Source: Macrostomum lignano (lineage: Eukaryota). From it: 64,000 nucleotides of DNA. The stretch covers positions 62,001 to 126,000 of the forward strand of contig NIVC01001724.1 in NCBI GenBank assembly GCA_002269645.1, in the 5' to 3' direction. Positions 58,159-64,000 of this stretch are shown here, in pieces. A program made the translations under genes and the position numbers. The notes beneath the pieces were generated by a model. The model did not search any database. It saw only the letters and a program-made list of their open reading frames with translations, and was not told the origin of the DNA. How positions within the stretch are numbered: position 1 is the first letter of the stretch; every line of letters begins with the position of its first letter.

Positions 58159-58806
58159 CTAGTGCAATGGGCAGAGCGGCGACTGGACTCCGAACACTCG
58201 GCATTGGATGACGTCACCGGCAGCCGTTGGAGGCTGCAAAGCGCAGCAGGTGTACCGCCTCCCGATGTCCCAGCAGGTCAGCTGCTGCACAGTGAGCTCC
58301 AACTGCTGCCACGGCTTGCCAGTCAGGGGACTCTTGTAGGGCACCAGGCGCACCTGGACTCTGCCGCCGGATCGCAGCGGCCGGACTTCCGACATCGCCG
58401 CGCCGGCATCGTGGCTGGCGTTGAGGCAGACGTAGACGGTGCCTTCCGGCTGATCTTTGAGTTGAAACTCGACAGACTCGCCCGGCAGGCCGATGGTGTC
58501 CACGGTGGACAGGGTACGGCTGGCGGTGGCCCAGTCGAAGGTCAGCTTGGCCAGCTCGCCGTCCCAGCCTCCGTGCAGCTCCATCCGTTTCAGCAGGAGC
58601 ATCGCCCGGCTCAGCGCTGCAGCAGCCGCGGTTGCCGCCGGACCGGCCGTCCGCTGATCTCGGAGCTCCGCGATAGCGTCGGCGACCTCCGAGTGAGTCG
58701 GCGGGCCGAGCCGGTTGGAAGCGTCGCCGTCTGCGGCGCCACCGACTGGGCCCGACGACAGCAGCAGCAGCATCAGCAGCTGGGCAACGAGAGGCCAAGA
58801 AAACAT
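58159..58806 (-). CDS. Secreted single Ig-like domain protein (215 aa)
   Basis: Signal-peptide-like MFSWPLVAQLLMLLLLSSG; GLPGESVEFQL and LELTVQQLTCWDIGRRYTC resemble Ig A'-B and E-F strand motifs; GC-rich codon usage. Confidence 0.65.
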   Translation of the reverse strand: MFSWPLVAQLLMLLLLSSGPVGGAADGDASNRLGPPTHSEVADAIAELRDQRTAGPAATAAAAALSRAMLLLKRMELHGGWDGELAKLTFDWATASRTLSTVDTIGLPGESVEFQLKDQPEGTVYVCLNASHDAGAAMSEVRPLRSGGRVQVRLVPYKSPLTGKPWQQLELTVQQLTCWDIGRRYTCCALQPPTAAGDVIQCRVFGVQSPLCPLH

Positions 58807-59249
58807 GCTTGCAGTTACAAATGCTTCAATTAACGATAGCTTATTAAATTATTATGCCTTCTCTGAGCATCAACTTCTAACAACAGCGCGTCTGCTGATT
58901 GGCTCGTTAATTTTTTAGCATCGATCAAATTTTTTGTACATCGAAATAGGAATACGTAAGAATCAGTGTCTGAGGTATGCAGCGAGGCAGGTGTAGGAAT
59001 TATTTAAAAAGTTTTACCACTGAGAGACAAACCCCCAAGGCATTATATGAGTAAGCAGATGAGCGAGAGAAGTCAGAGTTGCTGTACACACTGTACAGAG
59101 GCTGGTTAAATTACTCGCCAGTTGCCCCACTGGTCAAAGATGTTTTTAATTAATTGTACAATGGTTTTGAACAAAATGTGTTTTGATTTGGGCAACATTT
59201 GACCCAAAGAGCTGCTAGCTTTAATGTAAAACCGCCTTTATTTATTTAT

Positions 59250-60635
<1,386 letters not shown>

Positions 60636-60984
60636 GAAGATACATTCATCTTCTCCTGTACAAGAATGTTTTGGTGAAAGTCGCAATGCTTTGGTTCCAA
60701 TGATTTTAATACGGCAACATTCAGCCCAGTGTATTTGCTGATTTTTAAAGAAAATAGCTAAAATGTCGTTTTACGGTAAAAGTGTGCACAGGTTTTCGTT
60801 TTTTTCTGTATAAGTGCAATCAAACTTTATGCTGCAGATTATTCGCAATTATTAGTTAATTCCTATTTGAGTAGCAAGTAGTCAGTCCTTACTTTTGGCG
60901 AAAAAATGAATTGTAAGCAAAGATAAGCATAAATACCAGGTTAGTGTCAGCGGCGTACGGAGAAGGCTATCTGACGTTAAAAGT

Positions 60985-61320
60985 TAGGGGTGCCACTTTC
61001 TGTGCTAGGGGTGCCACTTTCTGTGCTAGGGGTGCCACTTTCTGTGCTAGGGGTGCCACTTTCTGTGCTAGGGGTGCCACTTTCTGTGCTAGGGTGCCAC
61101 TTTCTGTGCTAGGGGTGCCACTTTCTGTGCTAGGGGTGCCACTTTCTGTGCTAGGGGTGCCACTTTCTGTGCTAGGGGTGCCACTTTCTGTGCTAGGGGT
61201 GCCACTTTCTGTGCTAGGGGTGCCACTTTCTGTGCTAGGGGTGCCACTTTCTGTGCCAGGGGTGCCACTTTCTGCGCTAAGGGTGTTACTTTCTGCGCTA
61301 AGGGCGCCACTTTCTGCGGC
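60985..61320. repeat. 21-bp minisatellite (aggggtgccactttctgtgct)
   Basis: Direct reading. Confidence 0.95.
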
Positions 61321-61521
61321 AGGAGTGCCAAACTCTCACAGCGTCAGCCCAAGACCCCAAACTAGACGGAAAAACCCTGCGTACGTCTTTGACCAATAAA
61401 AATGGAAGCCTGCTTCAAAAGCAAAGAAAAGCAAAGAAAAGCAAACTAGCTAAAGCAACATGTATCGGATATTTGATTGACCGTTTTGTAATGTTTATAT
61501 AGCTACTATTAATAAAACCAG

Positions 61522-61858
61522 CTAAAGTCCAAACAGAACGGGCACTCTGACTGCGTCATCTTCGTCCTCCTGATGACAGCCGGCGGCAGCGGCGGCGACT
61601 TCTGTCGGAGCAGCGTCGGTGGCGGCTGAGGAGGCCGTGGAATCCGGTTCGGCGACGAGAGACGCCAGCAGCAGGGCTCGGTGCTCGGGCCTGGCCGATG
61701 CCAGCTGCTCAGCACCGGCGTCGAGTCGGCTCAGCACCTCCTGGAGCATCGCTGACCGATGCTGTCGGTGCTGCTGCTGCTGCTGCTGTTGATGACTGCT
61801 GTCTGCTTGCTGTAGTCCGGCACGAAGTTCTGAAATTGTGGCACGAAGCAGTCCACAC
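61522..61858 (-). CDS. Probable terminal exon of an unidentified coiled-coil/low-complexity protein
   Basis: GC-rich open frame (LRATISELRAGLQQADSSHQQQ...VRVPVLFGL*) after a cttcag acceptor-like site. Confidence 0.45.
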
Positions 61859-61859
61859 T

Positions 61860-62430
61860 GAAGTAACTGAGGGAGAGCCGCAGCCCACACTGAAGTAACT
61901 GAGGGAGAGCTGCAGTCCACACTGAAGGAACTGATGGAGAGCTGCAGTCCACACTGAAGTAACTGAGGAAGAGCCGCAGTCCACACTGAAGGAACTGAGG
62001 AAGAGCTGCAGTCCACACTGAAGGAACTGAGGGAGAGCTGCAGTCCACACTGAAGGAACTGAGGGAGAGCTACAGTCCACACTGAAGGAACTGAGGGAGA
62101 GCTGCAGCCCACACTGAAGGAACTGAGGGAGAGCTGCAGTCCACACTGAAGGAACTGAGGGAGAGCTGCAGTCCACACTGAAGGAACTGAGGGAGAGCTG
62201 CAGTCCACACTGAAGGAACTGAGGGAGAGCTGCAGTCCACATTGAAGGAACTGAGGGAGAGCTGCAGCCCACACTGAAGGAACTGAGGGAGAGCTGCAGT
62301 CCACACTGAAGGAACTGAGGGAGAGCTGCAGTCCACACTGAAGGAACTGAGGGAGAGCTGCAGCCCACACTGAAGGAACTGAGGGAGAGCTGCAGTCCAC
62401 ACTGAAGGAACTGAGGGAGAGCTGCAGCCC
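61860..62430. repeat. 32-bp minisatellite (cagtccacactgaaggaactgagggagagctg)
   Basis: Direct reading. Confidence 0.96.
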
Positions 62431-63092
62431 ACAAGCCCCATTAAATCTCGCACTGATTTCTGCATAAAAACTGCCATCTTTTCCAAATTTGTCTCAAAAC
62501 AAGCTCATTTCATAACTAGGTCAGGCACACCGCTTTTACAATGGTAGAAAAGCATTGTTATGGCCTACAAGTGTACCTAGCTGGTTCGAGAGTCTGCATT
62601 TTCGGGGCAGCGGCCCCAGCATTAAAATACTATATCTATGCTCGGGCTTTCGTCCACAGGGCAGTCACAAAGGGAGAGAGAGGGGGTGAGAGGCCAGAGA
62701 AGACAATGGAAACGTGCCGTCCACGTGAACGACTGCCTACTCTGGGTTGACTGAAACGATGGCTCAATATGTAAGGGCTGTTGCAATTCATTTTTGACTA
62801 TGAAGCTTTGAGCTCAATAGGATTTTCTAGCTCATTCACCCAGCTAAACTCAGCCAACCCCCCCTCTTTCGTAGGTTTTTCCATTGAGCTTGGAAAAGCA
62901 CTGTATAGTAACGTATAGGCTGTCTTGCGGCTCTCCATGCTTTGCATCTTTTTCTGGTATTTTAAAAAGGTAGTTTCAATGGAACTGAAAAGCAACCTGT
63001 ATTGATGCTGACCGGTTTTTTAGTTATTATTTAACTTTGTCTAAGCTAGACTGCCTAATGAACTCTATATTAAAAACAAACATTTAGCTTAC

Positions 63093-63209
63093 CATCCTCA
63101 GTATGCTCTCCCATGAGTAGAATGATGTCGCGAATGACATCACGCTTAGCCTCTTGTATGGTGCTCAACAATTGATTGCACATTTCGCCTATTTGCTTTG
63201 CCAAGTTCT
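63093..63209 (-). CDS. Possible internal exon, helical/coiled-coil (NLAKQIGEMCNQLLSTIQEAKRDVIRDIILLMGEHTED)
   Basis: actgcag| acceptor and G|gtaagc donor, symmetric phase 1; linkage to the downstream exons unresolved. Confidence 0.4.
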
Positions 63210-63309
63210 CTGCAGTGAAAGCGATTTTAGAAGCTTAATTTTCTAAGCTAGTAATTTTTTACCAAATAATTTCGAAATCCTACCATTACTGAGCTACTTA
63301 CAGAAATTT

Positions 63310-63930
63310 ACTGTCTATGGCCAGGCCCTTAGCTGAATGCATTGAGTGTCTATGGCCAGATCATAGCTTAATTCCTTGAGGTGTCTATGGCCGGATCATA
63401 GCTGAATGCATTGAGTGTCTATGGCCAGATCATAGCTTAATTCCTTGAGGTGTCTATGGCCGGATCATAGCTGAATGCATTGAGTGTCTATGGCCAGGCC
63501 ATAGCTGAATGCATTGAGTGTCTATGGCCAGGCCATAGCTGAATGCATTGAGTATCTATGGCCAGGCCATAGCTGAATGCATTGAGTATCTATGACCAGG
63601 CCATAACTGAATGCATTGTCTATGGTCAGGCCATAGCTGAATGCATTGAGTATCTATGGCCAGATCATAGCTGAATGCATTGAGTATCTATGACCAGGCC
63701 ATAACTGAATGCATTGAGTGTCTATGACCAGGTAATAGCTTAATGCATTGAGTGTCTATGGCCACATCATAGCTTAATTCCTTGAGTGTCTATGGCCGGA
63801 TCATAACTGAATGCATTGAGTGTCTATGGCCAGGCCATAACTGAATGCATTGAGTATCTATGACCAGGCCATAACTGAATGCATTGAGTGTCTATGGCCA
63901 GGCCATAGCTGAATGCATTGAGTGTCTTTA
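63310..63930. repeat. ~34-bp minisatellite with internal palindrome (gtctatggccaggccatagctgaatgcattgagt)
   Basis: Direct reading. Confidence 0.94.
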
Positions 63931-64000
63931 GCCTGGTTCTAGCTGAATCTAGACCAACACCGAAAAGCAAATCTTGGAAACTTACCAAACTGATCTAGAA

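Noticed and set aside
62798-62995. 65-aa ORF as the exon following 63093
   Set aside because: Its reading frame needs a phase-2 junction but the upstream donor is phase 1; left unassigned.

Overview
Intron-rich, repeat-dense eukaryotic (invertebrate animal) DNA. The style (GC-rich exons, a different minisatellite in almost every intron) suggests a free-living flatworm such as Macrostomum, but that is an unverified guess. Host genes reconstructed by hand from splice sites and reading phase: a ZC3H4/ZC3H6-like triple-CCCH protein (+, 651-4597); an EF-hand nicotinamidase (-, 10242-7561); a putative single-pass receptor with a SEFIR/TIR-like tail (-, 25948-22437, partly resolved); a TMCC/TEX28-family protein (+, 37145-39913); endonuclease III NTH1 (+, 44145-52977); two intronless secreted-protein ORFs (-, 54744-54424 Cys-rich; 58806-58159 Ig-like); and unresolved coiled-coil exons near the right end. 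Mobile DNA: a decayed DD37D (maT) element, a 5.3-kb nested composite carrying an open piggyBac transposase, a 62-bp satellite and a TTAA-flanked TIR element, a truncated Ty3/Gypsy with a tRNA-Lys(UUU) primer site, a Penelope-RT/Gypsy-integrase mosaic, SINE-like and MITE-like elements. Most long ORFs in the supplied track are tandem-repeat artefacts. The best leads are the SEFIR-like receptor, the nested composite, an unexplained hairpin-rich segment near 13.1-13.5 kb and the two secreted proteins. No database searches were run; family assignments rest on motifs recognised by eye.
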